From the IMG/VR virus record IMGVR_UViG_3300027820_000059, positions 1-38,752 of that record: 38,752 nucleotides of DNA; one strand, given 5' to 3'. Source of the DNA: a virus. Lineage: Duplodnaviria > Caudoviricetes. Position 1 is the first letter of the stretch. Each line of letters starts with the position of its first letter. Positions 37,457 through 38,752 of this stretch are shown here, piece after piece. The position numbers and the translations under genes were made by a program. The notes under the pieces were generated by a model. The model did not search any database and was not told where the DNA came from. It saw only the letters and a list, made by a program, of their open reading frames with translations.

Positions 37457-38329
37457 TTAAGTGCGGACTTCGGGCATAAAGTCTTTAGCCTCTAAGCCGT
37501 AGGTCCATGCATTAGCATCAAGAGCCGTAGTAAGTTCAGGGGGGACAGGCAAGGCAAATTCGCGACCAGTACCACACTTCACCCTAAGGAATCTCTCTTT
37601 GCCAATATCGGGGATGTCTACCTCAACAAGGGTACCAATTTCATCGTCGGGGTCAGCGTTGATAACCTTGGCATTTAACTTGTCGAGTACCTTGTGCCAG
37701 CCAATGATTTCGGCTGCCGCTCTACGCTGTTCAATGTTTTCCCATGTAAGAGCAGTCTCAGGCTTAAGGTTTTCCTTATCCGTTACCCACTCTTTAGGTA
37801 TCGTAACACCACGCCAGCAATAGATTTCTGTACCATCTTCATAGGAAATAGCAGGGCCGTCCTCACAGTGTAGGACAGGTGGCTCTGCATCATTGTCCAT
37901 ACGGATAATCGTAGGACGTTTCTGAATGTAGCAGGTAGTGTCATAAGGTGTCCACATACCACAAGATGTAGTGATGTCAGCAAGTATGTCTGTATTCTCG
38001 ATATCCTCAACACCAAGGACATCTTTGTAGAACTTGTACATACCTACCCAATCAGCATCCATGCTACCATTCAGTGTGCCACTCTGGAAGTCAGAGGAGC
38101 TAAGGTCAGGCAGGACTTTGCACACCTTGTTATAGGCGTCCATAGGTCCATCACAAAGCACAAACTCAGGGGCAGGATGCCCAAGAATCTCGTAGACTTT
38201 GGTGATTGCCTGAGTAGCCTTGTCCCAATCGACAGGCTCAGTTGATAAGCCTACCTTAATCCAGTGCTCATTCCATTCTGGAATCATAGCCTTCTGTTCT
38301 TGGGTAAGCTCAGTTACATTCGCCATCAT
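37457..38329 (-). CDS. DUF6745-type protein
   Basis: W...GLST.P.D...A..AI..VY, DA.W...Y.F, LHCEDGPAI.Y.DG..IY.W.GV, N.EQRR, C.TGR.F.L.VPP, A.AWT.GL. Confidence 0.75.
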   Translation of the reverse strand: MMANVTELTQEQKAMIPEWNEHWIKVGLSTEPVDWDKATQAITKVYEILGHPAPEFVLCDGPMDAYNKVCKVLPDLSSSDFQSGTLNGSMDADWVGMYKFYKDVLGVEDIENTDILADITTSCGMWTPYDTTCYIQKRPTIIRMDNDAEPPVLHCEDGPAISYEDGTEIYCWRGVTIPKEWVTDKENLKPETALTWENIEQRRAAAEIIGWHKVLDKLNAKVINADPDDEIGTLVEVDIPDIGKERFLRVKCGTGREFALPVPPELTTALDANAWTYGLEAKDFMPEVRT

Positions 38330-38366
38330 ATTTCTCCTTTGCTAATGGTGGCAATACAACCAAGGA

Positions 38367-38537
38367 TTAACTTGGTATCTTTACTTGGCCCCATACTTGG
38401 TCTATTACTTGGCCCACTGCTTGGTTCCATACTTGGTCATACACTTGGTTCCATACTTGGTGCCATACTTGGTCCCATACTTGGCCCCTTACTTGGAGCC
38501 ATACTTGGCGCCATACTTGGTTCCTTAAGTTCTCCAT
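38367..38537 (-). CDS. QVW-repeat microprotein (56 aa)
   Basis: MENLRNQVWRQVWLQVRGQVWDQVWHQVWNQVYDQVWNQ... Confidence 0.75.
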   Translation of the reverse strand: MENLRNQVWRQVWLQVRGQVWDQVWHQVWNQVYDQVWNQAVGQVIDQVWGQVKIPS

Positions 38538-38689
38538 AGCTGCCTCACTTGGCCCCATACTTGGTGCAATACTTGGAGCCTTACTTGGCTCCATACTTGG
38601 CGGCTTACTTGGCCCCATACTTGGCTATGTACTTGGTCCCATACTTGGTGCAATACTTGGAGCCTTACTTGGTTCCTTAAGTTTTCCAT
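38525..38689 (-). CDS. QVW-repeat microprotein (54 aa)
   Basis: MENLRNQVRLQVLHQVWDQVHSQVWGQ... Confidence 0.75.
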   Translation of the reverse strand: MENLRNQVRLQVLHQVWDQVHSQVWGQVSRQVWSQVRLQVLHQVWGQVRQLWRT

Positions 38690-38752
38690 AGCTGTTCTAT
38701 TTGGTCCCATACTTGGTCCCTCACTTGGTGCCTCACTTGGTCATACACTTGG
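38677..38752 (-). CDS. QVW-repeat microprotein, 5'-truncated by the window edge
   Basis: ...QVYDQVRHQVRDQVWDQIEQLWKT*. Confidence 0.65.
   Translation of the reverse strand, partial: QVYDQVRHQVRDQVWDQIEQLWKT

Larger units (their letters stand above)
38380..38752. repeat. 12-nt tandem repeat array (CAAGTATGGNNN on the - strand)
   Basis: About 28 degenerate units; the same unit recurs at 36685-36790 and 35450-35640. Confidence 0.92.

Noticed and set aside
36533-38710. MGPS-repeat N-terminal extensions and LGPI-repeat + strand ORFs in the track
   Set aside because: These are alternative-frame shadows of the 12-nt repeat; the conserved RBS and ATG select the QVW frame.
36680-38752. CRISPR array interpretation of the repeats
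   Set aside because: Units are contiguous 12-mers with codon-structured variation. There are no unique spacers and no cas operon; the Cas4-like gene is the replication exonuclease.
35221-38752. Diversity-generating retroelement driving QVW variation
   Set aside because: No reverse transcriptase in the window, no TR/VR pair, and variation is not adenine-specific. An RT outside the window cannot be excluded.

Overview
Part of a lytic, podovirus-like phage genome (about 45% GC by eye). The layout resembles SIO1/cobavirus-like phages and the host is probably an alphaproteobacterium; both are inferences. Two arms converge at about 5.4-5.6 kb. The + arm holds the end of a >1,400-aa probable internal virion protein and two more ORFs. 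The - arm, in transcription order, holds: (i) an early region with a DUF6745-type protein, its 'QGD' partner and at least 8 tiny Q-V-W-x repeat genes with a shared RBS/start cassette; (ii) an HNH + tRNA-Arg(UCU) cassette sitting inside another tRNA gene; (iii) rIIA/rIIB; (iv) a cytidylyltransferase-like gene, a cupin, a DenV-like glycosylase and a second microprotein array; (v) a candidate origin, T7-like primase-helicase, PolA, SSB, exonuclease, Holliday junction resolvase and class II RNR; (vi) a cluster of 3 glycosyltransferases, 3 methyltransferases, a Maf/DUF115-like gene and a metallophosphoesterase; (vii) lysis genes. The best novelty candidates are the QVW microprotein array linked to DUF6745, the HNH cassette carrying its own replacement tRNA, and the glyco-methylation cluster. 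Family calls come from motif recognition only; no searches were run.
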